64,000 nucleotides of DNA from an uncultured Planctomycetales bacterium (GCA_964572155.1 CAZNDZ010000002.1:339089-403088), one strand, 5' to 3'; positions 1-11,573 are shown, counted from the first letter of the stretch. Made by a program: numbers and translations. Notes: a model not told the origin generated them from the letters alone.

Positions 1-2580
1 ATATCAATACCACCTTTAGAAAATAACTCAGGAATATCTGGGTCACCTGGATAAAATACTTTGCCTTCAGGAATTTTGGGGAAATTATTATTTTTCTGCT
101 GCATTTTAAGAAATCCTTCTAAATTCGCTTTACTGATTGCTTGTGGATCATCCACCATATAAACCCCATCACCATGCATTACCGCCCCAGGTATTTGTAA
201 ATTAACCATACCTTCAACCGGCTCAATAACAAAATACGATCCTTGCTTTAATCCCTGCATGATATTTCTTACAGCAATATAGACTCCCAAAATTGAAGAT
301 AAAATCGTATCATCATTCCTTGCTTTATTTAAATCTAGCCCCCCATAGGCCGCATGATAATTACCATAATGAACATTACGATTAAAAACAATATCGATCT
401 CATCTGACCCAACTAAACGATCTATATCTGACTTGATTAAAGCATCAACCTCTGCCGTCTGGAGCGTTAATTTAAAAGGCGTAGACTTTTTAAAACGACG
501 TAAAAAACTTTTAATGATCTTTTTATCAAAATCCACAGCTTTTAACTTTAATTCCCATGATGGTTGATCTTCCTTGGAAATACCCAGACGATCTAAAGCA
601 TCTTTAAACGCCGAAATAATATCATTTGTTTCTATAAAACCATCTGCACCCAACCCAATTTGTAATATTGATACTGTTTTATCGGTTAGTGCTCTTGCTT
701 TTAGAAACCGCTCAAGCACGCGATCAATCGTATTTACTTGTCGTAATTGCGCATTCAAATGTTCTGGCCGGAAAGACTTATACAACCCAAAACTCATTCC
801 CTCTGTTCGATCTGGATCCGTTATTAATAATTGAATACTCTCTCTACTAAATCCCTGCTCTGCTAAATATTGCAATGACTCTGAATCTACAACCTCCGAC
901 AACGTCATCCCAGAAAGACTTCCTTGATGAACCCCTTCTAATAACGTAGGCCCCTGTCCTCTATGAAACGCAAAAAGAAACCCCAACATCGCCGCGTCTT
1001 TTGAAATTGTTGGTTCAACAAGAAGCTCAAGGTTTTGGTCACTCAACTTTTTACGTAATGCGTTTAATGCTAGCCCAAGTCTTGCTCTCATTCTTAAACC
1101 AAAGACCGATCGGACCTCCGAAGCCTCTACAGCTTCTTCCACGGCAATCTCTTGCGTATAAGCAGTAAACCCAAAACCTTCAACCTCTTCAACACTTGCT
1201 AGAAAATCAGCTAAATTAACTGTCATTTGTGTCTTAGGATTTCCTGGTTGATGGAGCCATACAATGTCTAAAACAGCATTCCCACCTGATAAAGAACGTG
1301 CATTTGTTACATAAAACTCTGCAACATCATCAATCAGCCCAGGTATTTGATACACCTTACCCGTCATCATTTGAGTATCGATGCTCGCTGCAACCCCCTC
1401 TGAGACAGTTTTAGTTGATGCTGAATTTAACATATCAACGGGCATGCTTACATTATTAATAACAGGTGCTAATGCAAAAGCACCCATGACATTCAAGAAC
1501 CGGCGCCGACTTGGATCAACTACAGATGGCGATGATAAACGTGTCGTTACAATATCTGCTTGGCCAATATTTCCTATTTGGTTCGTTTTAGCAATCTGTG
1601 CTTGATCATATCCTTTTGTTCCGCCGGAGAAATATTTTCTGGGGCCAGAGACGCCAAGCATGTCTGATTCTTTAATCATGTTAAAGACGCCTTTTTTGAA
1701 GGCTTGTAAGTATTGTTCGTAGATTAGCTGATTGTTCTTGGGGTCAATATTAACGCCAGCGACTTTACCTTGATTGGCATAGGCCCTTGATAGGATGCTG
1801 TCTTGTAGGGTTCTTTTGTACCAGGTGGCCAACAACATGCCGCTATAGACTTGGCGCAATGAGGTAAAATTTTTACCTTCGTTGATTTCTTTTTCTATTT
1901 GCGGCAGGACAATATCTTTAAACGCGTTGATGGTTGGATCTTGTGCGGCGGTTTCATTTTTTTGTGATGCTAGATAATCTTGCTCGGTCATAACTTTCAA
2001 ATGATTCTCGACGACATAAACGGCATTGCCTTTTTCATACACCACGGCTCGATCTGGGACAATCCAAACTTTATTAAATGTATTGATGGGCACATTAACA
2101 TTTTTATCGGCGGCTTGTGCGTATACCTGCGCCCAGAATTTCTTACCTATCTCTCCCTCGGGATAAAGCAAACTTGCACTTAATTGTTTTAAGATATAAT
2201 CCTGCGCCAAAAGGTCATTGCCCATTTGCGTTTGCCCAAATGTTTCGGGAATGATGCGGTCTTTTTCATAGGGGCTTAAATTAACCCATTGCTGGTCATC
2301 GGCAACAGCCAAGGCTGCTAAAAAATATTTGATTAGGTTCGTATAGCTTTCTTGTTTTTGAGCATTAGGTAGAACTTCATCGCCGTGGCTAATGATGAAA
2401 TCAAATTTAAATGGATCATTTGGATAAATGACCAAGCCTTTTAAAGATGCAGGCGTAAACGGCGCACTTAAAGCCACCATCGTGCCAACACGAGGCAAAA
2501 CAAGGGCTTGTTCGGCCCTCAGGCTTGAAAGCGGCAATAATGCTGCAACTATGATAAGGCTCAATGCTTTACGGAACATA
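1..2580 (-). CDS. Large secreted hypothetical protein, 5' portion (over 860 aa in window; C-terminus lies beyond the window start). N-terminal signal peptide MFRKALSLIIVAALLPLSSLRA.
   Basis: Manual reverse-complement translation from the ATG at 2580..2578 gives an uninterrupted ORF to position 1. Not in the ORF track, presumably because it is open-ended. Hydrophobic h-region followed by A-E-Q. No recognisable catalytic motif. Confidence 0.6.
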
Positions 2581-2629
2581 AACTAAAATTTACCATATAA
2601 TTTAGATATTTGCCAATCTAGAGAGGCAT

Positions 2630-2667
2630 AAAAAAAGGGCCACACATGATGCTGTGTGACCCTTTTT
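2630..2667 (-). terminator. Rho-independent terminator at the end of the alpha operon (after rplQ).
   Basis: Inverted repeat gggccacaca(2637-2646) / tgtgtgaccc(2653-2662), 9 of 10 bp, 6-nt loop, flanked by an A7 run (2630-2636) and a T5 run (2663-2667). On the minus-strand RNA the stem is followed by a U-tract. Confidence 0.7.
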
Positions 2668-2687
2668 AAGGCTATTTAAGCTAAAGC

Positions 2688-3257
2688 TTATTCGCTACCT
2701 GTCTTACGTTGAAATAGCTTCTTTACGCCAGTTGGCTTAGCGGCAGCTTTTGTCGTTGTTTTGACATCAGCTTTGGAACCTTCTGCCTTCTTGGACTTAG
2801 GAGCTTTTTCTGTTTCTACAGGTTTTGTTTCAGCTTCTGCGACCGTCTTGACATCAGCGGCTTGTGATTTTTCTTTCTTAACACCGGTGATGATGGCACG
2901 GCTTTTTTCTGTTAATTCTAAGAACACCATATCCGCATTATCCCCATCGCGTTTTCCGTATGGGATGATGCGTGTATAGCCGCCCTGACGTGATTTAAAA
3001 CGTGGGGCTGTTTCTTTAAATAATGCGACAACAAGATCGCGATCGCAAAGGATTGAGAAAGCTTTACGACGAGCATTCAACGTATCTTTCTTACCCAATG
3101 TGATTAATTGTTCAACCAAACGACGGCCTTCTTTGGCCTTAGCTCTGGTTGTACAAATGCGTTCTTGCAATAAAGTTGCTTTAGCCAAATCACGCAATGT
3201 GGCGGCGCGCAAACTTTGATTACGACTTAAACGATTACCTGATACTTTGTGTCTCAT
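2688..3257 (-). CDS. rplQ: 50S ribosomal protein L17 with an approx. 60-aa Lys/Ala/Glu-rich C-terminal extension.
   Basis: N-terminus MRHKVSGNRLSRNQSLRAATLRDLA is the L17 family signature. Position after rpoA. Low-complexity basic tail KAPKSKKAEGSKADVKTTTKAAAKP. Confidence 0.92.
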   Translation of the reverse strand: MRHKVSGNRLSRNQSLRAATLRDLAKATLLQERICTTRAKAKEGRRLVEQLITLGKKDTLNARRKAFSILCDRDLVVALFKETAPRFKSRQGGYTRIIPYGKRDGDNADMVFLELTEKSRAIITGVKKEKSQAADVKTVAEAETKPVETEKAPKSKKAEGSKADVKTTTKAAAKPTGVKKLFQRKTGSE

Positions 3258-3267
3258 AATTCACCTA

Positions 3268-4257
3268 TTACTTTGACTTCAATTTTTTAGTGTCGACCTT
3301 CATACCTAAAGACAATCCCATCGCCTTTAGAAGATCACCGATTTCCGTCAAAGATTTCTTACCAAAATTACGAAATTCCAATAATTCTGATTCTTGACGA
3401 CGGACCAATTCGCCGATGGTCTTGATATTTGCATCTTTCAAACAATTTGCAGAACGGACAGACAATTCCAATTCTGAAATTGGTAAGCGCAATTTAGAAT
3501 ACAACGCTTCTTCTTCTGCAGAAACTTCTTCTTCAACTTCTTCTTCCTCTGGCAATTGACCATAGGCGACGAAGACGTCTAAATGGCGTTGCAAAATGTT
3601 CGCACCATACAACAATGCTTCCTTAGGATTAATGGAACCATTGGTGGTGATTTCTAAGATCACGCGATCATAATCGGTGCGTTGACCAACGCGGGTATTC
3701 TCGACGGTGGAATTCACGTTAATGATTGGCGTAAAGATAGAATCGATGGCGATCGTACCAACTGGAGCGCCTTCTTTTTTATTTTGATCCGCAGGCACAT
3801 AACCACGACCACGAGAAACTTCCAATTCCATGTTAAATGGAATATCTTGTGTCAATGTGGCAATGTGATGTTCTGGGTTTAAGATTTCAATCACTTCATC
3901 AGAGATGATATCTTTAGCTCTGATCTCGCCCTTCTTATTCGCCTTGATAAAAACACTCTTTGGCGCTTTAGAATGTGAACGGATGATCAAACCTTTGATA
4001 TTTAAAACAATATTGGTAACAGATTCAAGCACACCTGGCATGGTAGAAAATTCATGTGCCACACCTTCGATGCGAATGGATGTAACCGCGCTACCTTCGA
4101 TTGAGGAGATCAAAATACGACGCAAGGAATTACCTAAGGTAACACCATAGCCGCGTTCAAACGGTTCCGCAATGAATTTGCCATACGTATTGGTATAGCT
4201 TGATTCATCACAATCTAAACGTTTTGGCATTTGAAAATCGCGCCATTTAACACCCAT
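3268..4257 (-). CDS. rpoA: DNA-directed RNA polymerase subunit alpha.
   Basis: 329 aa. [20 protein letters not shown] motif. Sits between rpsD and rplQ. Confidence 0.95.
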   Translation of the reverse strand: MGVKWRDFQMPKRLDCDESSYTNTYGKFIAEPFERGYGVTLGNSLRRILISSIEGSAVTSIRIEGVAHEFSTMPGVLESVTNIVLNIKGLIIRSHSKAPKSVFIKANKKGEIRAKDIISDEVIEILNPEHHIATLTQDIPFNMELEVSRGRGYVPADQNKKEGAPVGTIAIDSIFTPIINVNSTVENTRVGQRTDYDRVILEITTNGSINPKEALLYGANILQRHLDVFVAYGQLPEEEEVEEEVSAEEEALYSKLRLPISELELSVRSANCLKDANIKTIGELVRRQESELLEFRNFGKKSLTEIGDLLKAMGLSLGMKVDTKKLKSK

Positions 4258-4289
4258 GAGATTATCCTCCGTAGACTTATGTTGTAAAA

Positions 4290-4916
4290 TTATCTTGAAT
4301 ACAATTCAACGATTAATTGTTCATTGACGGCGAAACCAATATCATCGCGCAATGGAATACGAACAACCTTCGCTGTTAAATTTGCTGCATCAACTTGTAA
4401 CCATGCTGGAACTTTACGTTCTTTGGTCAATTCAATGTTACTCTTAATGGTATTTGTTGTCTTTGTATCCGTCTTGATTTCGATCAAATCATTTGGCTTT
4501 ACCATGAATGAACTGATATTCACACGACGGCCATTAATAGAGACGTGATTGTGGCTAACAACTTGACGTGCATCTTTACGAGATTTTGCAAAACCTAAGT
4601 TAAAGATGACACTATCTAAACGGCGTTCTAAGAATTGTAACAAGATGTGACCTGTAACACCCTTAGTACCCGCTGCTTTTAAGAAGTAATTACGGAATTG
4701 TTTTTCTAACACGCCATAAATACGCTTGACCTTTTGCTTTTCACGCAATTGGACACCAAAGTTAGACAACTTGGTTTTTCTTAAACCATGTTGACCTGGG
4801 GCATATTCACGACGAGAAATTGCACACTTGTGTGTATAGCAACGCAAGCCTTTTAAAAAAAGTTTTTCGCCTTCGCGGCGGCATAAACGACAATCTGGAC
4901 CTAAATCACGTCCCAT
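4290..4916 (-). CDS. rpsD: 30S ribosomal protein S4.
   Basis: 208 aa. N-terminal Cys cluster [19 protein letters not shown]4-domain C-terminus. Confidence 0.95.
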   Translation of the reverse strand: MGRDLGPDCRLCRREGEKLFLKGLRCYTHKCAISRREYAPGQHGLRKTKLSNFGVQLREKQKVKRIYGVLEKQFRNYFLKAAGTKGVTGHILLQFLERRLDSVIFNLGFAKSRKDARQVVSHNHVSINGRRVNISSFMVKPNDLIEIKTDTKTTNTIKSNIELTKERKVPAWLQVDAANLTAKVVRIPLRDDIGFAVNEQLIVELYSR

Positions 4917-4929
4917 ATGATTCCTTTCC

Positions 4930-5346
4930 TTACACTCTACGTTTCTTGCGTGAACGGCAACCGTTGTGCGGTATTGGTGTCACATCTTTGATTGAAGTTA
5001 CATTTAAGCCAGCGGCGACCAACGCACGGATCGCAGATTCACGGCCTGAACCTGGGCCCTTGACCAACACATCCACATTGAGCAATCCCAATTCTTTTGC
5101 ACGACGCGCAGCATCAGACGCAGCAACTTGAGCAGCAAATGGTGTTGATTTTTTTGACCCATGAAATCCAACTAAACCAGGTGTCGCCCAAACGATGGTC
5201 GCACCGGTCTTATCAGAAATGGTGATGATGGTATTATTAAAAGATGCCGCGATCGTGACGATACCTGAGGTAACGCCCTTTAGCGACTTCTTTTTCGCTT
5301 TGCTAGGTTTCTTTGCTGCTTGTTGATCTGCTGGTTTTGTTGCCAT
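4930..5346 (-). CDS. rpsK: 30S ribosomal protein S11.
   Basis: 138 aa. [18 protein letters not shown]...[11 protein letters not shown]. Confidence 0.95.
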   Translation of the reverse strand: MATKPADQQAAKKPSKAKKKSLKGVTSGIVTIAASFNNTIITISDKTGATIVWATPGLVGFHGSKKSTPFAAQVAASDAARRAKELGLLNVDVLVKGPGSGRESAIRALVAAGLNVTSIKDVTPIPHNGCRSRKKRRV

Positions 5347-5360
5347 AATTTAATTTTTCC

Positions 5361-5747
5361 TTATTTTTTCGTTTCTTCCTTCTTGATAATATGTCCGACG
5401 ATCGGCTTCTTACCCTTACGTGTGCGGGCATTGGTCTTGGTGCGTTGACCACGAACCGGTAAACCCTTACGGTGGCGAATACCACGGAATGAACCCATTT
5501 CCATATGACGACGGATATTCTCATTCGTATCGCGGCGCAAATCACCTTCGGTGACAAAGTTCTTTTGGATAAGATTGGTGATCTTAGAAATTTCTTCTTC
5601 GGTCAAATCTTTTGCACGTTTATCTAAAGGCACTTGCACTTGCGCTAAAATTTCGCGGGCGCGTGCTGGACCTACTCCATAAATATATGGAAGAGCCGCT
5701 TCAATTCTTTTGTCTTTTGGTAAATCAATACCTAAAATTCTTGGCAT
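5361..5747 (-). CDS. rpsM: 30S ribosomal protein S13.
   Basis: 128 aa. MPRILGIDLPKDKRIEAALPYIYGVG. Confidence 0.95.
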   Translation of the reverse strand: MPRILGIDLPKDKRIEAALPYIYGVGPARAREILAQVQVPLDKRAKDLTEEEISKITNLIQKNFVTEGDLRRDTNENIRRHMEMGSFRGIRHRKGLPVRGQRTKTNARTRKGKKPIVGHIIKKEETKK

Positions 5748-5752
5748 ACTTC

Positions 5753-5866
5753 TTATCCTTGTCTTTGCTTATGTTTTGGGTTCGTACAAATGATACGCAC
5801 CACACGTTTACGACGAATGATCTTGCAATTCCCACAGATTCTTTTTACTGACGATTTTACTTTCAT
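5753..5866 (-). CDS. rpmJ: 50S ribosomal protein L36 (37 aa). Absent from the ORF track because it is under 60 aa.
   Basis: Manual translation gives [38 protein letters not shown]-x2-C...C-x4-H zinc-ribbon L36 signature. Sits between infA and rpsM. Confidence 0.9.
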   Translation of the reverse strand: MKVKSSVKRICGNCKIIRRKRVVRIICTNPKHKQRQG

Positions 5867-5928
5867 TTCATTTTCCCTGGTTATTCAATTGCTTATATAA
5901 TACCGTGCATCTCGCAGCGGCGTGATGC

Positions 5929-6147
5929 CTATTTTAATCTAAAGGTAATCCTACCTCGACTTAAATCATACGGCGATAACTCAACTTTGACTTTATCACC
6001 CGGTAGGATACGGATAAAATTCATCCGAATCTTCCCTGACACATGGGCTAAAACCTTATGGTTATTTTCCAACACGACACGAAACATCGCGTTGGGTAAC
6101 GCTTCTTCGACAACCCCATCTACTTCAATTAAATCTTCTTTAGCCAT
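5929..6147 (-). CDS. infA: Translation initiation factor IF-1.
   Basis: 72 aa. [53 protein letters not shown]. Confidence 0.95.
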   Translation of the reverse strand: MAKEDLIEVDGVVEEALPNAMFRVVLENNHKVLAHVSGKIRMNFIRILPGDKVKVELSPYDLSRGRITFRLK

Positions 6148-6151
6148 ACCC

Positions 6152-6910
6152 TTATTTGGTTAAAATCTCAGGTCCATTTTTTGTTATGACCACACAATGT
6201 TCAAAGTGTGCGGATGGTTTACCATCTTCTGTTACAACCGTCCATCCATCGCGTAATACCCTCGTGCGATGCGTTCCCATATTCACCATCGGTTCAATCG
6301 CAAAAACCATACCTTCTTCTAAAACTGGACCATCATTGGGTTTCCCATAATTGGGTATTTCTGGCTCTTCGTGCAACTGACGACCTATCCCATGCCCAAC
6401 AAAATCTCTGACGACTGAGAAACCGTGCAACTCTACATAACTTTGCACGCTATAAGAAATATCTGAAAGCCTTGCCGACACTTTGGCTGCTTCAATACCT
6501 TTGTATAATGACGCTTCTGCCACATCCAATAAACGTTGGCGTTCTTTATCGATTTGTCCAACCGCAACTGTCGTCGCTGTATCGGAATAAAAATCATTAT
6601 AAATGATGCCCACATCAAGAGATACAATGTCACCGGCCACGATCACGCGTGAATTGCCAATCCCATGCACCACACCTTCATTAACAGAGATACAGGCGCA
6701 TCCTGGGAAACCACGATACCCTTTGAATGCTGATTTCACCTGATACTTCTTGATGAGCTCGTCGGTCTTCTGATCGATCTCCTTGGTGGTCATCCCAATT
6801 GTTAAAGAACCTTTTAAATCCGTAATAATTGAAGCCAGAATCTTACCAGCTTTACGCAAAATGTCAATTTCTGCTGCTGTTTTAATGCGAATATTATTTT
6901 TTGTTTTCAT
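6152..6910 (-). CDS. map: Methionine aminopeptidase type I.
   Basis: Metal ligands and HGIGR...EPM motifs. Start re-set to ATG 6910 ([11 protein letters not shown]). The track ORF extends to 6931. Confidence 0.9.
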   Translation of the reverse strand: MKTKNNIRIKTAAEIDILRKAGKILASIITDLKGSLTIGMTTKEIDQKTDELIKKYQVKSAFKGYRGFPGCACISVNEGVVHGIGNSRVIVAGDIVSLDVGIIYNDFYSDTATTVAVGQIDKERQRLLDVAEASLYKGIEAAKVSARLSDISYSVQSYVELHGFSVVRDFVGHGIGRQLHEEPEIPNYGKPNDGPVLEEGMVFAIEPMVNMGTHRTRVLRDGWTVVTEDGKPSAHFEHCVVITKNGPEILTK

Positions 6911-7553
6911 TGAGAATCCTGACCAAATCATCTCGCACTTGGGCAGTCTCTTTGTCGCCGCTAACTTGCTTCAACCGACCTGTTTGCGCGTAAAAATCTA
7001 CAATAGGTTTTGTGCTCTGTGTATAAATGTCCATGCGCTTGACGATAGTTGCTTCATTATCATCGCTGCGTTGATACAACACACCGCCGCATTCATCACA
7101 AACATCAGCAACCTTAGATGGTTTATTTCTTAAGTGAAATAGCGCGCCACATTTCTTACAAACCCGTCGTCCTGTCAAACGCATCAGAATAATATCTAAA
7201 CTAGCTTCCATATTTAAGGCAAAATCTAAAGGCTGACCAATGCGTGTTAAAATTTTATCTAAATCTTTGGCTTGTTGGACGGTGCGTGGGAACCCATCTA
7301 ACATATAGCCTGTTTTCAAATCCGCATCGTTGCTGCTTAAACGTTGTTCAACCAAACGGGTAACAATCTCGTCGGAAACCAAGGATCCTTTTTCAATCAA
7401 CCCTTTGATTTCAAGCCCTAAGCTTGAACCCTTTTTCATTTCTTCACGCAACATATCCCCTGTTGAAATATGGGCAATATGCAACATGTCTTTAATCACA
7501 CCTGCCAAAGAACCTTTACCAGCGCCCGGAGGCCCTAATAAAACTATTCTCAT
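6894..7553 (-). CDS. adk: Adenylate kinase with a Zn-binding lid.
   Basis: MRIVLLGPPGAGKGS P-loop. Lid CKKCG...CDECGG. Confidence 0.95.
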   Translation of the reverse strand: MRIVLLGPPGAGKGSLAGVIKDMLHIAHISTGDMLREEMKKGSSLGLEIKGLIEKGSLVSDEIVTRLVEQRLSSNDADLKTGYMLDGFPRTVQQAKDLDKILTRIGQPLDFALNMEASLDIILMRLTGRRVCKKCGALFHLRNKPSKVADVCDECGGVLYQRSDDNEATIVKRMDIYTQSTKPIVDFYAQTGRLKQVSGDKETAQVRDDLVRILNENKK

Positions 7554-8908
7554 CGACGTCCTCGCAAATGACCGGTCTTCATGAAACCTTCATAATGATG
7601 CATTTGCAAATGAGATTCAATTTGTTTCATGGTATCAAGCATAACACCTACAGTAATCAAAACGCCAGTACCACCAAAGAATGATGCCACTAAATACGGA
7701 ACCTTAAGTGATGCCATGATCATGTCTGGCATAACGGCGATAAAACACACATATAAAGCGCCGACCAAGGTGATGCGTGTTAACACAAAATCTAAATAAT
7801 CTGCGGTTTCTTTACCTGGGCGAATGCCTGGGATGAAACCACCATGTTTCTTCAAATTATCAGACACATCGCTTGGATTAAAAACAATGGCTGTATAAAA
7901 ATAACAGAAGAAAATGATTAAGAATGCATACACCACATAATAGCTTGGGTGTCCACGAGAAATCCAAGATACAAAATGTTGCAGTGGACTATTTGGCATA
8001 AAGCTAGCAATTGTTGCTGGAAACAAAATAATTGACTGCGCAAAAATGATAGCAATGATACCAGCTGTATCAACCTTCAACGGAATAAATGTTGATTGAC
8101 CACCCACGGTTTGTCCACCAGAAACCAAACGTGCATATTGCACAGGAATACGACGTTGTGCTTGGCTAATCAGGGTGACCGCTACAATAACAAAGATCAA
8201 AAAGAAAATCATCGCAACTAATGCGATGGGCTGCAATTGGCTTGATCCGCTTGAAGGATTTAAGAGCAATTGCAAATAATGAAACGCTGTTGGTGCCGAA
8301 GATAAAATACCTGCGGTGATGATCAGCGATGTCCCATTACCTATACCCTTTTCCTGAATGCGTTCACCCAACCACATTAATAATATAGCACCTGACGTCA
8401 AGGTGATCATGGTTGAAATGCGAAAACCCCAACCTGGTTCATTGACGATTTGTAAGCCACCAAAGGTGGAAGGACTTTCAAGCCAAAGAGCAATAAAAAA
8501 ACCTTGTATCGCTGCAAGAGCAACTGTTCCATAACGGGTATATTGATTGATCTTCTTATACCCTGCTTGACCTTCCTTAGACATTTTCTCTAAGGCTGGG
8601 ATAACAGCTGTTAACAATTGCATGATAATCGAGCTTGAGATGTACGGCATGACCCCCAATGAAAACAAGGTCATCTTTCCCAATGCGCCACCGGAAAACA
8701 TGTTCATGATTGAGAACACATTACCACCGCCGGTAGAACTACTCATGCGTGCAAAAAATTCATTTAAAGCGGCGCCATTAATACCTGGTGTTGGGATATA
8801 ACAACCCAAACGATAGACCGCCAAGATACCAATTGTAAAAAATATTTTTTGACGAAGTTCTTGAATCTTAAAGCAATTCGTCAATCCTGTAAAAAATTGC
8901 GAAATCAT
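7550..8908 (-). CDS. secY: Preprotein translocase subunit SecY.
   Basis: 452 aa polytopic membrane protein in the canonical position after rplO. Confidence 0.93.
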   Translation of the reverse strand: MISQFFTGLTNCFKIQELRQKIFFTIGILAVYRLGCYIPTPGINGAALNEFFARMSSSTGGGNVFSIMNMFSGGALGKMTLFSLGVMPYISSSIIMQLLTAVIPALEKMSKEGQAGYKKINQYTRYGTVALAAIQGFFIALWLESPSTFGGLQIVNEPGWGFRISTMITLTSGAILLMWLGERIQEKGIGNGTSLIITAGILSSAPTAFHYLQLLLNPSSGSSQLQPIALVAMIFFLIFVIVAVTLISQAQRRIPVQYARLVSGGQTVGGQSTFIPLKVDTAGIIAIIFAQSIILFPATIASFMPNSPLQHFVSWISRGHPSYYVVYAFLIIFFCYFYTAIVFNPSDVSDNLKKHGGFIPGIRPGKETADYLDFVLTRITLVGALYVCFIAVMPDMIMASLKVPYLVASFFGGTGVLITVGVMLDTMKQIESHLQMHHYEGFMKTGHLRGRR

Positions 8909-8911
8909 AAA

Positions 8912-9367
8912 TTATGATTTTTTCGCCTCGATAAGCTCTGTTTTTCCGCCTGCTTTTGAAATCTTTTCAGCAGCAGCTTTGGAGAAACGATGTGCTTGAA
9001 CGGTTAACTTCTTGGTGATAGCGCCATCGCTTAAAATCTTAACGGGCTTGCGTAAGCTGCGGATTAAATCTGCCGCGCGCAGTGTTTGTGGATTAACCAC
9101 AGCACCGTTTTCAAATTTATTTAATGATTCAACATTCACAATTTGATATTCATCTGGCCACTTGCTGTTGAAACCAACCTTAGGCAAACGGCGTAACAAG
9201 TTCATCTGACCGCCTTCATAGGCAACCATGGTACCACGACCTGAACGAGAACCTTGACCTGTTTGACCACGGCCTGAACGCTTACCATGACCTGTACCAC
9301 GACCACGACCAACGATCTTTTTACGTTTACTTGAACCTACAGGAGCACTAATCTGATGTAATTGCAT
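8912..9367 (-). CDS. rplO: 50S ribosomal protein L15.
   Basis: 151 aa. Gly/Arg-rich N-terminus GRGRGTGHGKRSGRG. Confidence 0.93.
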   Translation of the reverse strand: MQLHQISAPVGSSKRKKIVGRGRGTGHGKRSGRGQTGQGSRSGRGTMVAYEGGQMNLLRRLPKVGFNSKWPDEYQIVNVESLNKFENGAVVNPQTLRAADLIRSLRKPVKILSDGAITKKLTVQAHRFSKAAAEKISKAGGKTELIEAKKS

Positions 9368-9368
9368 A

Positions 9369-10025
9369 TTATAATTTCTCTTTGATGGATTTTAATCTTG
9401 ATAATCCGTCGAATGTGGCTTTCACGACATTGATAGGATTATTGGAACGGTGACATTTGGTTAAAATATTGCTAATCCCAGCCCCGTCGCAAACGGCGCG
9501 CACAGCACCTGCGGCGATAACACCGGTACCTTCAGATGCAGGCTTCAATAAAACCGACGCAGAACCACATTGACCCAAAATTTCATGGGTGATGGTTGTG
9601 CCACGACGGTTGATAATGATCATTTGTTTCTTAGCAGCGGCCAAGCTTTTCTTGATGGCGGTTGCAACTTCACCCGCTTTACCTAAACCATAGCCGACTT
9701 TACCTTTACCATCACCGACGACAACTAATGCAGAAAAAGCTAATCTTGTTCCACCCTTGGTTGTCTTAGAAACACGGTTGATAGAAACAACTTTTTCAAT
9801 AAGACCACTATCGGTCAAAGAAGATTTTTTTGGTGCTGGACGACGTTCGCCGCCTTTACCACCCTTGCGTCCGCGAAAACCACCTGGACCCGCCGCTGCT
9901 TTACCAGCTTCAGGTACAACTTCTGCGGCAACAGGAGCAAGTTCTTCTTCTAAAATTTGCTCTGCTTGGGCAACGTTTTTAACAATCTTTTCTTCTGATT
10001 CTTCGTTTTTCTTAATGTCTTTCAT
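9369..10025 (-). CDS. rpsE: 30S ribosomal protein S5 with an approx. 60-aa acidic/Gly-rich N-terminal extension.
   Basis: Core [44 protein letters not shown]. Only 1 nt separates it from rplO, so there is no rpmD. Confidence 0.92.
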   Translation of the reverse strand: MKDIKKNEESEEKIVKNVAQAEQILEEELAPVAAEVVPEAGKAAAGPGGFRGRKGGKGGERRPAPKKSSLTDSGLIEKVVSINRVSKTTKGGTRLAFSALVVVGDGKGKVGYGLGKAGEVATAIKKSLAAAKKQMIIINRRGTTITHEILGQCGSASVLLKPASEGTGVIAAGAVRAVCDGAGISNILTKCHRSNNPINVVKATFDGLSRLKSIKEKL

Positions 10026-10030
10026 AAGGT

Positions 10031-10393
10031 TTAAAACTCCAATCCGGCTTTACGCGCGGCTTCTGCAAATGCTTTGATACGGCCGTGATATAAATATCCC
10101 CCGCGATCAAAACTGACTTTAGTAATACCTTTTTTCTTAGCTTCGGTTGCAACAGCTTCACCTAATATACCTGCAGCTGAAACATTGCCACCTGTCTTTG
10201 TTTTAGACTTAACATCTTTGGCTAAGGTTGATTTACCCATCAGGACTTTGCCTGTAACATCGTCGACAATTTGAACATTCAAGTTGTTTAAACTACGGTG
10301 AATGCACATACGTGGACGCTCGGTGCTTCCGCTGATGCGTTTGCGGATACGGGCGTGACGAAAACTTCTTGAACTTTCTTTAACGGATATCAT
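10031..10393 (-). CDS. rplR: 50S ribosomal protein L18.
   Basis: 120 aa. C-terminal [23 protein letters not shown]. Confidence 0.93.
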   Translation of the reverse strand: MISVKESSRSFRHARIRKRISGSTERPRMCIHRSLNNLNVQIVDDVTGKVLMGKSTLAKDVKSKTKTGGNVSAAGILGEAVATEAKKKGITKVSFDRGGYLYHGRIKAFAEAARKAGLEF

Positions 10394-10404
10394 ATGAAAA
10401 CCTA

Positions 10405-10944
10405 TTATTTAGTTACTTGTTTACCTTGTTTACGTTTAACCACTTCGCCGACATAGCGTATACCCTTACCCTTGTAAGGTTCAGGGGGTTTATAGCCACG
10501 GATCTTAGCCGCAACTAAACCAACCAAAGCTTTATCAACACCTTCGACGGAAATTTCTGTAGGCTTAGCAGAAGTAACTTTCACTTCTTTAGGCACTTCA
10601 AATTCAATCGGGTGAGAATAACCTAAATTCATCACCAATTTGCTGCCTTGCATGGCAACACGGAAACCAACGCCTTGCACTTCTAAATCTTTTTTATGAC
10701 CTGTGGTCACACCATCGCACATGTTAACAATCAAGCGCTTGGTTGTGCCATGGTTAGATCTGGCTTGCTTGGTATCATTGATGCGGTTGATGAATAATTC
10801 ATCACCCTTATGTTCCAAAGTAACCAAACCTGGCAAATTCATGGATAATTTACCCTTAGGTCCTTCGACGTTAATTTTAACTTTATCGAATGCAATCTTC
10901 ACATTCTTAGGTACTGCAACTGGTGTTTTAGCAATTCTTGACAT
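10405..10944 (-). CDS. rplF: 50S ribosomal protein L6.
   Basis: 179 aa. MSRIAKTPVAVPKNVKI. Confidence 0.93.
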   Translation of the reverse strand: MSRIAKTPVAVPKNVKIAFDKVKINVEGPKGKLSMNLPGLVTLEHKGDELFINRINDTKQARSNHGTTKRLIVNMCDGVTTGHKKDLEVQGVGFRVAMQGSKLVMNLGYSHPIEFEVPKEVKVTSAKPTEISVEGVDKALVGLVAAKIRGYKPPEPYKGKGIRYVGEVVKRKQGKQVTK

Positions 10945-10982
10945 TTTTTATTCCTTAATTAACTTGTCAGCCGGAGGCTGAA

Positions 10983-11378
10983 TTACCAAATATAACAAAC
11001 GACTTCGCCGCCGACTTTCAACTTGCGGGCTTCACGATCCGTGATAACACCTTTGGATGTGGATAAAACAGCTGTTCCCAAACCATTTAAGACGCGTGGG
11101 ATGCGGCCATTATCTGCATATACACGTAAACCTGGACGAGAAATACGTTTTAGTCCCATGATCGAAGGCTTATTATTTTCATACTTCAAATAAACTTTCA
11201 ACATCCCTTGCTTATCATCTTTGAGCAAACGGAAATCTTCGACATAACCATCTGTCTTGAAAATGCCCAAAATGTGTTGCAAAATCTTGGATGCAGGAAA
11301 TTCTGCTGTTTCTTTGCGTGCATTAGCCGCATTACGGATCACCGTTAATGAATCTGCGATAGAATCAGATACTGACAT
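10983..11378 (-). CDS. rpsH: 30S ribosomal protein S8.
   Basis: 131 aa. DSIADSLTVIRNA. Confidence 0.93.
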   Translation of the reverse strand: MSVSDSIADSLTVIRNAANARKETAEFPASKILQHILGIFKTDGYVEDFRLLKDDKQGMLKVYLKYENNKPSIMGLKRISRPGLRVYADNGRIPRVLNGLGTAVLSTSKGVITDREARKLKVGGEVVCYIW

Positions 11379-11563
11379 TACCAGCTCGCTTTCTTAATTC
11401 CTGGAACTTCGCCCTTCCAAGCTAATTCACGAAAACAAATACGGCAGATACCGAAACGGCGTAAATAACCGCGTGGACGGCCGCATAAGCCGCAGCGATT
11501 ATGCTGACGGACTGCGAATTTGGGGGTTTCCATTGCTTTGTTAACTAAAGACTTTTTTGCCAT
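11378..11563 (-). CDS. rpsZ: 30S ribosomal protein S14, short Zn-ribbon type (type Z).
   Basis: 61 aa. [23 protein letters not shown]. Confidence 0.93.
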   Translation of the reverse strand: MAKKSLVNKAMETPKFAVRQHNRCGLCGRPRGYLRRFGICRICFRELAWKGEVPGIKKASW

Positions 11564-11573
11564 AAATCCTCTT

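Noticed and set aside
574-2183. Four short + strand ORFs (574..834, 668..850, 1381..1605, 1980..2183).
   Set aside because: They are antisense to a long uninterrupted minus-strand ORF with a signal peptide and have no motifs. They are shadow ORFs.
2581-2629. Possible promoter (TTGGCA ... TAAATT) for the 1..2580 gene.
   Set aside because: The -10 match is poor and the spacing is ambiguous. It is not convincing enough to report as a feature.
5303-5557. Alternative-frame minus-strand ORFs inside rpsK/rpsM. The same applies to 11732..11917, 12485..12718, 16591..16917, 17232..17429, 18975..19190, 19312..19494, 20785..20982 and 21139..21390.
   Set aside because: They are nested in other frames of highly conserved genes and are spurious.
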